NCBI GenBank assembly: GCA_964016885.1
Contig: OZ024742.1
Coordinates: forward strand, 328,228,001-328,292,000
Source: Eledone cirrhosa
Lineage: Eukaryota
Reading direction: 5' to 3'
DNA: 64,000 nt
Part shown: positions 1-14,807 of the stretch, piece by piece
How the letters are laid out: each line of letters starts with the position of its first letter
Position numbering within the stretch: the first letter of the stretch is position 1
Notes under the pieces: model-generated
What the model saw: only the letters and a program-made list of their open reading frames with translations
Told to the model about the DNA's origin: nothing
Databases searched by the model: none
Program-made: the position numbers and the translations under genes

Positions 1-949
1 CATAAATGAATGTATATGGAAATACGTGAATAATGATGTGTGTCTCTATACGATAATGTAAATTGCCTACTTTAATTTCATTAAGAAGCTGTCATATTTT
101 ATTATTTACAATTCTGTAATATTACTCGCCCAATATCTCAGCATTCCTTGCGGACCCATTAATTAGCATACAGTTTATTTCTGGCTTTCTTTTCTCTTCA
201 TATTATACCGACTCATCGTTAAAACTCTGTGAAGATGTTTCCTGGAATAGTCCACAGACAACCATAATTTGCATTTATCCGCATTTGTAATTGATATTTA
301 GACGGTTTAGCATGAAATAATCAGATACGTTTTATCAGCAAAAGCCTCCTGTTGAGTTATGGTGAAATCGAAGCAAATCTCGGCGCCATATTATTATCTA
401 GAAATCAAACCTAATGCGAACTCTATTTTAGATTTGATTGCTATCAAGACAGAAATTCTAATGACACAAATAAAAAAAATTTCAATTCATTTATCTAAAC
501 TTTTTTAACGAATATTATACTATTATTCATAATTAAGAATTGATGGCGATAATCAGCGTGAGTCTGTTGTATGTGCAAGTTCATAATTATACTGATATTT
601 ATCTTACATGGAAGTAACTTCATTAAATAGTTTCTGGCACGCGTGCTAGTAACATTATCTATACGGTATATAGTATTAGTATGAGATTGTAATGTGTATA
701 ATTTTGTGTATATAAACTTCAAAAGACATTGTTCTATGATTATGTATAAACGGTTATTTTATTAAAAATCTTTTTGTTTTATTTGCAAGCTATTTATGCA
801 TGACGATAAAATGTCTGGAATTTATCTCTATGAATTAATTTCAGATAATTTTGCATGCCACTCATTACGTAAATGTGATGTATAATGTTCTTGTAATCAT
901 GAACATTTTTGCATTAAAGAGGTTTCATTGTGACTTTTGCCTGTTTTCT

Positions 950-1363
950 GGGCCGGCTCTACCATTAGGCCAACTAGGCAGCCGCTAGGGTGCATACATC
1001 AGGGAGCACATTACTAAACGTCAATGGATCACCTCTTATACATATTTGTATAATTAAATAAAATTTATAAAAAAAAAATATGTACTGTAATCAATAAATA
1101 AACCATATTTGGGAAATAGCAGTTTTGGAGAAATATTCAAAGCGGTGGAAATACTCGCATGATGTAATTATATGTAACATAATTTGGAAAGGGTGACTGT
1201 GGATTGTGTAGTAGAAAATGCAGGTTTAGTAATTTTCTGTGTCAAACACTAGGCTTGTCAGGAGTCAAACGGTAGGTTGTAATTGTTTTATTTTGGTGAA
1301 TGGGATAAATGAGCGCACATTGTAGGGCTAGCCCATGACGCTAAATATCCAGGTGTCGGCCCT
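950..1363. mobile_element. Putative non-autonomous DNA transposon (MITE, PIF/Harbinger-like ends)
   Basis: Imperfect terminal inverted repeats GGGCCGGC (950) and GTCGGCCC (1355-1362) with GC-rich subterminal sequence around an AT-rich core; no ORF. Confidence 0.3.
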
Positions 1364-1857
1364 GGATTATCGTTTCTCACGACTCTGTAAATAGTTCCAA
1401 TTAACCTTGAGGGAACGAAAGGCCGAAAACCTCTTTCTAGATTAAGACCTGGATTTATTTAAATTATACTAGGATAGAAAGGTGAACGAAAATTTGGCGT
1501 AAGATGGGTGAGAGTGACATGAATAAATCACGTAAATGGGCCTATTCTTTACATATGCCGTTAAGCATGGCAAAGCCACTTGCCCTTGATAACCAGCGTA
1601 ACCCTTGACCTGTTTTATTTCTTGATTGGCTCCAGGCGGTTCTTACCATCTAAAATCGTCTCAATTCATAACTAATGTATTCGTTTCTCTTCTATATCTG
1701 TATTTGTAATAGATTCCGTGTAAAGCCTACGATGAATTACGTTTTATAAATCTTCGTTTTAATGACCCCTCATCCATCACTCTTAAGGCAAATAGAAATA
1801 ATCCTTATTTGGTTAGATTTGTATTAAAATACGTTGCATTATTTAGTTAAGGTTCTG

Positions 1858-2172
1858 AAGGTGGTAGATCGGTAGTATCGGTAGGGCATCGGACAAAATG
1901 CTTTGTGTTACGGCCCTTTACGTACTGAGTTCAAATGTCGGCGACATTAGCATTGGATTCGTTTTATTCGATTTTCGCCCTGTTGGCCTTGTGCCTAAAT
2001 CAGAAAACATTATTTACTTAAAGTTCTTTATGTCAGGTTAGATTCCACCGATATCAATTTTGTCTTTCATACTTCTGTGGCCGAAAGTATGAAATACTAT
2101 TTACATGGGACAATGTACTCGACTTTCTCCTCTACCACAAATCGCTGACTATATACATAAATTAGAAACAAT
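1858..2172 (+). mobile_element. Two adjacent degenerate copies of the abundant SINE family
   Basis: Shares CTGAGTTCAAAT, GGCCTTGTGCCTAAA..AGAAA.CA and CTTTCAT motifs with the better-preserved copies at 9523-9709, 26627-26799, 40372-40551 and 59534-59675. Confidence 0.6.
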
Positions 2173-2399
2173 AATCATTATAAACATTGTCATCGTCATT
2201 GCCATCATCACCCTCTAATATTTATATATACTGTTTTGTATTTCGTCATGAAATTAAAAAGTGGTGACTTTTAAAGCAATTATGAAACTTATTTCCCTCT
2301 GTTAATTTACTTTGAATCTTTAAGGTTTCATGGGGGGAAATATAGAAAGTAATACACTGACTTGAACAAAATAAGCAACAAAACGACAAATATAAAAGC

Positions 2400-2450
2400 A
2401 CACACACACCGACACAAGCACGCATACACATAAAGACACACACACACACG

Positions 2451-2536
<86 letters not shown>

Positions 2537-2540
2537 CGCA
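2400..2540. repeat. (CA)n microsatellite
   Basis: Read directly from the sequence. Confidence 0.95.
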
Positions 2541-4159
2541 CCCAATCGGAATGAAGTAAAAATAAGCTAAACGTTTTCCGTTAAATGAAATGGGAAATAA
2601 AGAATTTTAGTTTATTTAATTTAAAACGAAATGGAAAAAAAATATCCACAATTTGAAAATGTCTTCTGATTCTATTTGGAAAAACAATATACCAGAGAAA
2701 GTGAAGACATAAGGAACAACAGTTAAAAACACCACCAACAACAAAAACAGAAACAACAAAGACGACAAAGAAACAATAATGATAAAAAAAACCATCATGA
2801 ACGAAAAATTTCTTTAAATGAATTTCATCAGGTGTGGTTATCAATGAAATCTTACAGTCATTATTTTCTAGTTTCGCTTCTCATGTTCTTTTGTTTTCAT
2901 AGCTATAGTTAGATTTACTTTCCTTTGTTTCTCTATTAAGAAAGCTGAAAAACAAACAATAGTTCAAGCTACCACCTGCTTACCATGGCTTCCACTACTC
3001 AGCTTTTTTTCATTACGTGAAATTTTTGAGCGCAATTGAAGACTTTTCGAGTATATCAATCAATCAAAACTATGTAAAGAAAAGTTTGCAATAGATCAAA
3101 GGGGAAACAAGAAGATATCTCCAATCTCGTAGGTATGATGACCTAATTGATAGCGTGCCTGGTTCATGTGTCAGGATACGTGAGTTCGACGTCTTCTATG
3201 AAATATTTCAGTGTCAATTGATATAGTAACTGCGTCGTTAAATGTTCAATCATTTATTCTAGCTACACGTTATATGAAAGTAAGAATAATTCAGCCATGA
3301 AAATAACAAAAGTGATAGCTGGCCGACAATCTTAGAACATGGTGTGAGTATTGGCCAGGGTATGTAAAACTCGAACACTAAAGTTCATCAAATAGTGTTA
3401 TTAAATAATTGTTTCTACTTTTGGCACAAGGACAGCAATTTCCCAGTGCATTACTGGTACTTCATTTTATTTAATAGCAGTAACTCAATAAATAATTAAA
3501 CTGTAACAAATGGGATTTACATGATGTTATGTGATGAACTCAAGTTCAATATATGTACACTAGAGTGTGAATACTTAGTTGTTATGGTGTTTGGTTCATG
3601 ATCGTATGCTCATAGGTTCAATTCCCGTCGACGCATTGTGCAAGTGAGTAAAATACTTTATTTTACTTTATTGTGCCAGTGAGCAAAATACTTTATTTTA
3701 CTTTGTCAACTGGGAAACAGTCGTATCTGTAACTCAAAAAGCCAACTTTTTCAGATAATATATCATGCTGAATCCCCACGAGTGCTATATGTGGAATGCT
3801 CAACTGCATGCAAATGAATTTCATGAGCAGACTGATCATCAACACTCAACGTCGGAACGTGCTGAGATCCAGCTAGAATAGGCTGAATAACTGGGTAAAT
3901 ATTAATACGTGATTGCTTACGTGACTGCTCATATCATGCTCTGGCCAAAAGAATGATCTCTTGGTATCAAGAAAAGAATCGAAGGTACTTTCTTGATAGA
4001 GTCTTAGGGGAACCGTATTGCCATACGGCGTTTCTTGGGCATTTTTAACTCTGGCGGAACTCATCCTTCTCCAGGGAATACAGCAGATTTCCTCCAGAGA
4101 AAGATAGAAAATGAGAGAGAGAGAGAGAGAGGGGGGGAAATAAGAAAGAAATATACAGA

Positions 4160-4293
4160 AAGACTGGTACTTTTTTATCGACCTCGAAACGATGAAAAGC
4201 AAAGTTGACCTCGGCCAGATTTGAATTCACAGAGCCGAGAACATAAACAAATACAATAAAGCACTCTATCAGACGTTCTAACGACTCTGCCAA
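4160..4293 (-). mobile_element. SINE fragment (same family as 40372-40551)
   Basis: CTGGTACTTTTTTATCGACC...GCAAAGTTGACCTCGGCC.GATTTGAATTCACAG is the reverse complement of the family core. Confidence 0.7.
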
Positions 4294-4302
4294 TTGTATT
4301 TT

Positions 4303-4564
4303 GTGTGTGAGTGTGTGTGTGTGACAGCTCATACCTATGGAGGTTTAGCTGGCCTTCTCCAGGGTATATCTCGTTGGAGGTGACTTGGGTGATTAAATGA
4401 TAGGGACCCCAGTCCTATCATCTCATTTCTACAACTGAGTAAACTGGAGCAACGTGAAATAAAGTGTCTTTCTCAAGGAAACAACACATCACTCGGTCCG
4501 GAATTGAACTCACAACCTTCCGATTGCAAGCCCAATGCACTAACCACTAAGCCGTGCACCTTCA
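4303..4564 (-). mobile_element. tRNA-derived SINE with (CA)n tail and 14-bp TSD
   Basis: Minus-strand head carries an A box (GGCTTAGTGG) and a B box (GAGTTCAATTCC). TSD GCCAATTGTATTTT at 4289-4302 and 4565-4578. A related partial copy lies at about 6465-6650. Confidence 0.8.
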
Positions 4565-5099
4565 GCCAATTGTATTTTACACGCTATTAAATCAACCAAA
4601 TAAGAAATATGGCTAATGAGATTCAATTCTCTAATGACATATCTAAATCCTTCAAATCTGTTTTGAAAACGTTTGAAATTTACCTGGTCTTGGTAGAATT
4701 CATACTTAGCGTGCAATGGAAAGTGTAAACCTGTATAAATCAGTAACGGAAATGGGTTATCTGAATAAGAGACCTAACATAGAACAGATGCGAAAACTAA
4801 TTACAAACTTAAATGTCAAGATTATTCCACTGGCTCGATTTCTGTATTTAATGAATCTAAGGATCAGGTATATCACAAGGTGGAATAGATACTTTGGTTT
4901 GGTGATTACATATCTAAATTTTGCTATGAATGACTTCAGGCAAATATTCTAGAGGAAATGAGGTTTGATCTCTGACGTAAACTAGGACAAGTGATTAAAA
5001 TAAACAAGGGTGCGTCAGTTGCATATTAATTAAATTTAATTAAGTTTTGTACTCTTTTAAAGGGATTCAGAGACGTAACTGGGAAGAAAATGATATTAG

Positions 5100-5157
<58 letters not shown>

Positions 5158-5165
<8 letters not shown>

Positions 5166-5736
5166 ATACTTTGGGAGGGTCATGTTGCCAATAAGAAACA
5201 CATGCACCAGTTGCTTTCACTTCAATTTATTATATATTTATAAATTTATAAATTTACAAATCTACAAACTTATAAATTTCTGGTTGGTTGGTTCCACAAC
5301 CAGATAGTTGTTTATATATAGTCATAGTCCTTTCGTCACACACTCTGTGACCTCTTCAGTGACTGGGGATTCCTTTCTTTGTTTCTGTGCCTTTCCTTTC
5401 TTCTGGCCTACGCCAAACAAAATGGCGTAGGACAGAAGAAAGGAAAGGCACAGAAACAAAGAAAGGAATCCCCAGTCACTGAAGAGGTCACAGAGTGTGT
5501 GACGAAAGGACTATGACTATATATAAACAACTATCTGGTTGTGGAACCAACCAACCAACCAGAAATTTATAAGTTTGTAGATTTGTAAATTTATAAATTT
5601 ATAAATATATAATAAATTGAAGTGAAAGCAACTGGTGCATGTGTTTCTTATTGGCAACATGACCCTCCCAAAGTATAACAATATCGGTTTCAACACACGA
5701 TTTCAGATAAAGAATCTTGCTAAACAAATTCATAAA

Positions 5737-5740
<4 letters not shown>
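5158..5740. mobile_element. Asymmetric fold-back element, family A (PLE pLTR-like), flanked by (TA)n
   Basis: Near-perfect inverted repeat of about 260 bp centred near 5419; the right arm is about 57 nt longer. Other copies at 6704-6906, 54914-55160 and 56808-57370. Confidence 0.85.
5474..5518 (+). ncRNA. Minimal type I hammerhead ribozyme motif (mirror copy 5320-5364, minus strand)
   Basis: AGTCA-CTGAAGA-G-GTCACA(GAGTG)TGTGAC-GAAA-GGAC-TA-TGACT: stem I AGTCA/TGACT, 6-bp stem II, 1-bp stem III. Confidence 0.65.
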
Positions 5741-6466
<726 letters not shown>

Positions 6467-6662
6467 TAGTCGATCGACTTTTTAGTCAAATCGAACCGAG
6501 GAAACTATGTTACCGTTGGTCTTTCCAATTGCTAATACTATCTATCGGTCGCAACTCCAGGTAGAAGGAGCAACGTGAAATAAAGTGTCTTGCTCAAGGA
6601 CATAACGCATCGCCTGGTTCAGGAATCGAACTCACAACCTCACGATTGATTTAATTATCACG

Positions 6663-6703
<41 letters not shown>

Positions 6704-6706
<3 letters not shown>

Positions 6707-6900
6707 TTTCTGAATTTGTTTCGCAAGATTCTTTATCTGGGAATGTGTTGAAACCGATATTGTTATACTTTGGGAGGGTCATGTTGCCAATAAGAAACAC
6801 ACGCACAAGGTGCTTTCACTCCAATTTAATTTAAATTAAATTGGAGTGAAAGGGACTGGTGCGTGTATTTCTTATTGGCAACATGACCCTCCCAAAGTAT

Positions 6901-6906
<6 letters not shown>
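6704..6906. mobile_element. Short fold-back copy of family A
   Basis: Inverted repeat centred near 6833, with the same long-arm and short-arm end points as 5158-5740. Confidence 0.8.
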
Positions 6907-6945
<39 letters not shown>

Positions 6946-6958
6946 CGCATATATATAT

Positions 6959-7020
<62 letters not shown>

Positions 7021-7023
<3 letters not shown>

Positions 7024-8435
7024 GAAGTTATATTTAATTTGTTGGGATAAAACAAGCAAATATTTTTATAACTGATATAAAGCACTCAACAAATTATTGA
7101 AGTAAAAATACAATATATGAACAAATGGAAGCTATATTTATAAAACCATATTTATTTCATTATGCATATTTCAAGGACACCAAAGCAAATTATAGTGCGC
7201 TTTCATCAGATAAAATATAACATAGATCAGTTTTATAAACAAATATTGACATACCCTTAAAGAATGCAATCATGTCGGTTGGAAGCTCCCGGATAGTGGG
7301 GTTACTAATTTTATTATTGGTCTATTATGCAAATTAGTGTCGGATAGGTTTAAATCCCATACATTTAAATTAAGCCATTGGAATAGGGAAAAAAGAAAAA
7401 GAAAAAGAAAAGGAAGAGCAAACCCAAAGGAGGAAAACAAAAGAAATAGAAAGAGAGAAAACCCTAAGTGAGAGAGTGTTGTATTGACGTAATTTATGAG
7501 AAGATGAAGCGTAAAAATAAATATATAGTGGATGAATTACGCGGAGTAAATAAAACGTGGATAAATAAATAAATAAATAATAATAACCGGAGAATTTTAA
7601 CTAATGTTTAAATTTGATTAAATGTTTAATTTATCAATTAAATTATTGAGATCTATAAATTAAAAATTAAAAAATTAAAAATTGAGTCTATATATTATTA
7701 AACGAATATATATATATATATACATATATATATACTATCAAAAAATATTATTAAAATATATGTTATTATATAAATTTATTATTAATCAACCAACAATTAA
7801 TTATTAATTTTTCAATTAATTATCAATAAAAATTATAAGAAATAATCAAATATAAACATTTTTTTATGTTTAAAATATATGTTTAAAATATACAATCTTT
7901 CTAAACCCATGGAAATTCAGAGATTTTACCGAAGAAAAATTTCTTCTTCGTAATAGCAATGCAGCGTGAAGGAAATTAAGTGATTTATTTGTAATTTAGA
8001 TAGCTCTAAGGATTAAATGTTATAAAGGTTAGGATGATAAAAAAGTTAAGATTATAAGAAAACTTTATATTATTTTATAGTAAGTTATAATTTTATAAAT
8101 TTTATATATTTTATAAATCCACCTGTTTTACAGTTGTGACTGTTAAAATATAAGTTTGTTTACTATTCCAACGGCTTAATCTAAATGTATGGGATTTAAA
8201 CGTATCCGCCACTAATTTGCATAATAGACCAATAATAAAATTAGTAACCCCACTATCTGGAAGTTTCCAACCGACATGGTCGCATTCTTTAAGGCTATGT
8301 CAATATTTTTTTTATAAAACTGATCTATGTTGTATTTTATCTGATGAAAGCGCACCATAATTTGCTTTGGTTTCCTTGAAATATGTATAATGAAATAAAT
8401 ATGGTTTTATAAATATAGTTTCCATTTGTTAATAT

Positions 8436-8441
<6 letters not shown>
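7021..8441. mobile_element. Asymmetric fold-back element, family C
   Basis: Arms at 7089-7386 and 8164-8441 are inverted around an AT-rich spacer of about 780 nt; the left arm has an extra ~68 nt. Each arm has a CTGATGA...GAAA motif (8341, plus strand; about 7170-7209, minus strand). Confidence 0.85.
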
Positions 8442-8483
<42 letters not shown>

Positions 8484-8753
8484 ATAGCGATTGGAGACTA
8501 ATTTTATCTAAGAACCGGCATTTTCACTCACTTGTAAATTTGTGTTCGAGATATGTTGTTTAGTGCTGATGGCTGGAGTGGAAGTATTTGAATTTCGGCT
8601 CCTACCATCAAGTACATTTCTGAACTAGTATCCATCAGTTGAGGTCTTTGTGATGATACTAATGTACTACCGTGTCACCTGTCACATACACTGGACATGG
8701 CTGACTCGGACTGGAATCGAATTCTGTCAATCGATTGGTTATAGATTAGGCTA

Positions 8754-8876
8754 AACACACTGATGAAGCTACATGCACCCATTGTGCGTTGTTGCATAAT
8801 ACATGCAGACAGTGGATGCTGTGCACTCTATTGCTGCATTAAGTGTGGGCGAAACCCGATTACGGGTATTGATTTA
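8754..8876 (+). ncRNA. Hammerhead-like motif with long stem II, in an insert between (TA)n tracts (8480-9015)
   Basis: CTGATGA at 8760 and GAA-ACCCG(ATTA)CGGGT-A at 8851-8868 (5-bp stem III, GUA site); stem I pairing is weak. Confidence 0.5.
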
Positions 8877-9018
8877 AGGTACCCATTTACGTGTGTTGTA
8901 TTGAAGCAAATAACTTTGTGTTTACTCTGGGATTTTTAGATACCATTGCCTATTGAGTACTCTGAGATGCAACCGGTACCAGCAAAGAAACGTATGCTAG
9001 TCCCGTCAACGTCTTATA

Positions 9019-9064
<46 letters not shown>

Positions 9065-9169
9065 CGGCCTGCCCGCCAGCCAGTGGGATGGCGTTATCTT
9101 ATGGCTAAAATAGCACGACGTGCTGTGACCAGCGGCACCGATTGGCGCCCAACAGACTAGTTGGTCAAG

Positions 9170-9210
<41 letters not shown>

Positions 9211-9213
<3 letters not shown>

Positions 9214-9522
9214 GAATTAAATCAGGGGTAATGCCAATAAATAAGGTACTCAATGCATTAGTATTGTGTGAACAACATTATTCAAATCCCGTCGAGGTTG
9301 ACTTTGCCTCTCATTCTTACGCGGTCGATAAAATAAAGTACCAGTAATGTACTGGGTATTTGCTGGCCTTGTGCCTAAAGTAGAAACAATTATTTAATAT
9401 AGAAATGGCTTCAACAGCACTACAACTGTTTCATTCATGTGACATCACCAACAATTCCTGCGATTTCACATGGATGAAACAGATCTAGTCTAGTCATGCA
9501 GAAGCCATTTCTATGTTAAATA
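9211..9522. mobile_element. Fold-back element, family F, interrupted by a SINE fragment (9281-9393)
   Basis: ATAGAAATGGCTTC...GAAGCCATTTCTAT inverted arms. Same family at 12630-12790 and 33563-33760, with a degenerate CYGATGA...GAAAC..GTC motif. Confidence 0.6.
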
Positions 9523-9709
9523 ATTGTTTCTACTTTTGGCACAAGGCCAGCAATTATCCAGTGCATTACTGGTACATTATTTTATCTACCCCGTAAGGAT
9601 GAAAGGCAAATTTAACCTTGGCGGGTTTTGAACTCAGACCGTAAAGGGACGTAACTATGCTGGAAAGCATGGCGTCCAACCTTCTACTGATACTGCTAAT
9701 CCCAAGCCC
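9523..9709 (-). mobile_element. SINE with 14-bp TSD
   Basis: Family core in reverse complement; TSD TTCTATGTTAAATA at 9509-9522 and 9710-9723. Confidence 0.85.
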
Positions 9710-10065
9710 TTCTATGTTAAATACTAATATAAATACATGTATCTATATGAAGCCGGGTGAAAAGATATTTTGGGGTTTTGAAGCATTCAATATACTGACA
9801 AATGAAGTATTCTGAAAATAATTTTCAGCGCACACTACTTTTATATTATTTTAATTTGAATTTTACTCCTCATATTTCGACGTAACAACTTTTTGGTATG
9901 ATATTTCTTAGAAGGTGAGAGAATTATAAAGGTTACTTATCTGTTTTTGCATTTCACAGGCCGTGAAATGCGAAAGGAGTTTAGGTTTTGCGTACTGTTT
10001 TTGTGAGCGGTGAATATATATATATATATATGCATGTATGTATGTATGTATATATAAATATATAA

Positions 10066-10122
<57 letters not shown>

Positions 10123-10975
10123 ATGCGCCTTGCACTGGAGAAACACCAGGACTCTGGCTTTACTGTAGCACCGGCTCAGAGCAGGAGAGTTGGGGCGAAA
10201 AAGGTATCGGATGCGGAATTTGCCGACGACATAGTTTTGGTGACAAATACAGTGAAGGAGGCAGAGGATTTTATGCGGGAGGTTGAGACTGTGTCGATGA
10301 GTGTGGGGCTGAGAATGAATGAGACTAAAACAAAATATCTGGTAGAGAATGTTGAGAAGCCAGAGGGGATCACTAATGTAGGCGGGAAGCCGCTGGAATT
10401 GGTTCAGGACTTCCTGTATTTGGGAGCAAAGATTGGGAATACGGAGGATGATGTGGTTGAGAGGAAGAGCAAGGCCTGGGCGGCGTGTCACAGCTTGAGA
10501 TCGGTGTGGAAGTCGGACCTTCGTAGAGACCTGAAAATCCGCCTCTTCATTGCTGTAGTGGAGCCTGTGCTGCTGTATGGGTCTGAGACTTGGACACTGA
10601 CCAAGAGACTCACTCAGATGGTGGATGGGTGCTACACGAGAATGCTGAGGATGGCTCTGAACATTAATCAGTATACACTGAGGATGAAAAACTCAGAGCT
10701 GTATGGGAGCATCCCAAAAGTCAGCTCAAAAGTGACACAGAGGAGACTGAGGTTGGCTGGACATGCTCACCGACATCCAGAGTTGACATTGCACTCAGTG
10801 CTCCTTTGGGAGCCCCTACATGGACACACTAGAAGAGGAAGACCAAGGTTAACATATGTTGATGCCCTAAGGACAGACACTGGTCTGTTGGAGATGCAGG
10901 ATATGGCAGCGATAATGAGGGACAGAGACCGCTGGAGAGAACTCGTCCATGGATCTCGGGAATTTTACCCGCCCT

Positions 10976-10977
<2 letters not shown>
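10123..10977 (+). CDS. 5'-truncated non-LTR retrotransposon ORF, C-terminal half of reverse transcriptase (RTE/RTEX-like)
   Basis: Uninterrupted 284 aa with FADD (10219-10230), [42 protein letters not shown] and DRDRWR, all typical RTE-clade RT/C-terminal motifs. Flanked by (TA)n on both sides. Confidence 0.9.
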
Positions 10978-11046
<69 letters not shown>

Positions 11047-11134
11047 GGGGGGGGGGGGTATATATATATATAATCTTTTATTATTTTTCTGGTTCTGGTT
11101 TTAGCCATCAGACTGCGGCCGAGTCGGGCACCGG

Positions 11135-11221
<87 letters not shown>

Positions 11222-11228
11222 CACACAC

Positions 11229-11348
<120 letters not shown>

Positions 11349-11753
11349 AGGGTGGACTTTCTAAACGTGTCTACATACATATGCATGGGTGAGATAGAGC
11401 GTGTGAGTCTCCTCAAATTACGAAGAAGATGGGTATGTTATTATTTTTCTTTCATAGAGTAAACGAAAGAGTGCGAATATTTCGCTGAATATATAAATAA
11501 ATAATGGAATAATGTCAATAATTGAAATAAAGAAAAACAAATGAAAAAGAGCATCAAAGTCAGCATCAGAGGAAATGATTTACTGTCGATATAAAAACAC
11601 TATTCAACTACCCCAAAATGCCGACATTTGATAGTCTATGTGAGTTTTATTCTACCCCCGTTTGGCATTCACTACCAACGGTATAAGAATAATATTTGGG
11701 TGGGATCGTGTTTAATCTACATGTTGACTGAACACGCAGAAACACACACACAA

Positions 11754-11842
<89 letters not shown>

Positions 11843-11873
11843 CATATGTATGTAAATATATATATACATACAT

Positions 11874-11953
<80 letters not shown>

Positions 11954-11954
11954 G

Positions 11955-11987
<33 letters not shown>

Positions 11988-11991
<4 letters not shown>

Positions 11992-12592
11992 TGCTACTGG
12001 TAACATGTATCCCAGTACAACCTGTGTCATGGTCGGGTCGTTGGCGACTAAACTGGCAATCCCACCAAGGTTTCTTGGTGAGGAGGGTGACTTTGGACAT
12101 CCTGCAGGACTAAAAACAAAACCTGTCAAAGGGCAAAGGAGCTCTTAAGAGTCAATGGCCATCCAAAATCACCGGGAGAGATGACCCCTTAGCCTTTGTC
12201 AAGGCAGAATTCTAGGAGAAGGAAAACTCTGATATAACACCTGCAACCCTGATGGTATCCAATGATGTTGACTTGTTCTTCTTTTTGGTAAATATCATCT
12301 TGGTTAAGAGAGTGGGACTGGCTTTGTGCAGTGCTCACTATAAAAGTGCTCACTATAAAAGCTTCACGGCACAGGCATTGCTTTATATCTGGAGATCTCT
12401 CTGCACTTGTCGTTACATGGTGCCATGGGCCCAGTACTATGTGTCAATAATTCTCACAGGTGTAGTGTTTGTACCAGAGCTTTCAAGTCGCTGGCTGGAC
12501 TAAAAAGTCACACTTGTTTAGCGCATCGGTAAGGGTTCTCCTACATGGATATAAAGCGGTGGCCATACTCCAAAACGAGTTGGCAGCCACCA
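11988..12592 (+). mobile_element. About 600-bp non-coding retroposon, family H, ending in (TA)n
   Basis: Homologous copies at 41928-42522 (near full length), 23440-23731 (3' part), 33140-33360, 38718-38800 (minus strand, 5' part) and 47745-47785 (minus strand, 3' end). Shared 3' end GGCCATACTC..AACGAG.TGGCAGCCA.CA. Confidence 0.75.
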
Positions 12593-12629
12593 TATATATA
12601 TATATATATATAAATATTTATTATACATA

Positions 12630-12790
12630 TTCAATTTATTATAGAAATGATGTCTACAGGACTAGAAGAGTTTCAAGCATAAGAAATCATCAGGAAACTT
12701 CTTTAAAATTTTCCCGATGATTTCTTATAAATGACATAGTTCTAGTCTTGTAGAAGTCATTTCTATAATATAATAAATACACCACTAATG
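12630..12790. mobile_element. Fold-back copy of family F
   Basis: Inverted pairs TTATAGAAATGA..TCTACAGGACTAGAA / TTCTAGTCTTGTAGA..TCATTTCTATAA and AGAAATCATCAGGAAA / TTTCCCGATGATTTCT. Confidence 0.65.
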
Positions 12791-13329
12791 TAATAACGTG
12801 CCGAGTATTCCCTGTGAACGATCAGAAAAGGCTTACCTGTTGTTTGGTGTCAAGTCACGTGTCACTAAAAGTTGTATATACTACTACACTAGCCGATGTC
12901 CATCGGAATGATGTGGTGGATAGCTAGTCGCAACTCTCCGTTATAGGGAGCTTAATACCCGCTGAAGAGGTGATTCTAGCCACTTACGTAATGTTTACTA
13001 CCATTATCTAATTTCTGCGTTCCAATCAGACTGCCGCTAGGAGATCTAAATCACAGAAACTAATGAATTTTCTACCTACACGAAATCATTTTTTTTTTCT
13101 TTTTTTTTTTTTTTTTACTAATTAACGTATATGTGGACACTCTAATTTTCTTAGGTTTGTGTATTAATAATTGTTTTCTACTTCTGTCACAAGGCCAGCA
13201 ATTATACCAGTATATTACTGGTGCTTTATTTTATCGACCCCGAAATGATGAAAGGCAGAGTATTAATAATAGAGACTTAATGGAATTATTGAATATATGT
13301 CAGTCCTATTTGATAGTTTCGTTTCATTA

Positions 13330-13690
<361 letters not shown>

Positions 13691-13746
13691 CAGACAAATA
13701 TAGCCACACACAGACAAGCATATATATATATGTGTGTATATATATA

Positions 13747-13778
<32 letters not shown>

Positions 13779-13880
13779 AGTATTGAAATTTCCGTTGGAA
13801 ACAGAAAAGGTCATAGAAATGGAGAGTGCTCTATGTAAGTATCAGAGCAAAATTTAATGTATAAAAATCAATACAATATA

Positions 13881-13958
13881 ATTACCTCATTACCAGAGGT
13901 TTCCCGAATGAGGCGAATACGAAATAAACGACTTCATTCGTTTGTCAGACGAGGCAAT
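13881..13958 (-). ncRNA. Degenerate type I hammerhead ribozyme (G8A) in the PLE 3' region
   Basis: Minus strand: ATTGCCTCGT-CTGACAA-A-CGAATGA...TCATTCG-G-GAA-ACC(TCT)GGT-A-ATGAGGTAAT; 10-bp stem I including two G-U pairs. Confidence 0.65.
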
Positions 13959-14763
13959 ATAAAACATGGGCAAATACTTAGAAAAACTCATCAAGAAAAT
14001 CAAAAAAAGATATAGATAAATGAAATAGAAATTGAAATATATAAAAATCTATCAAGAAATATAGTTAGGTGTGTGTATATGTATGTATATACGCTCACAG
14101 ATGTGTATGTATGTATATGCACACATGTATACGTATAGTGAGAAAGTGTGCGTAATTCTAAAATTTAGGGCAAATGTATCTATATGTCTGTAATCTACAG
14201 ACAGAAATAGTTACATCATAAATATATGAATATGAAAGCGCGCGCATAAAACGCCTGCACACTCGTACACTTAGATGCGGAAAGAAAGGAGGTAAGGGAG
14301 TGTAATAATTAAAAGAAAAGTATCAGTCTCGATATATTTATAAAAATATAATAACGATAAATTAGAAAGAAAAAATAAAAAATAAAAAATATTTTTAGAA
14401 AGAAAAAATTAAAGAAAAGAAGACAAAAAAAGGGGCACATACATACACAGACACGCATGTCTCACAAAAGAAATGTAAAAATATATATGCTTATATACAC
14501 ACGCGCACTTACAAATCCATACGTTCGATACGTACATACACACACACACACACATACTTATACTCACGCATATAAACCTGTTTGCATGCACACGCATGAA
14601 ACTGAGTAAGTAAAAAAAGGGAAAGAGGGGGGAGGGAGAAGAAAAAAGGAACAAAACATAAAACCGAGATGTCAAAAACACGGATATAAAGACACGTACA
14701 CATACGCATAATATATACATACACACACACACAAACACATGTACACACACATATACATACATA

Positions 14764-14807
<44 letters not shown>

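Noticed and set aside
12962-13066. CTGAAGA-G-GTGATT...AATCAC-A-GAAAC hammerhead-like motif
   Set aside because: No cleavage triplet or stem I partner downstream; at best a remnant.
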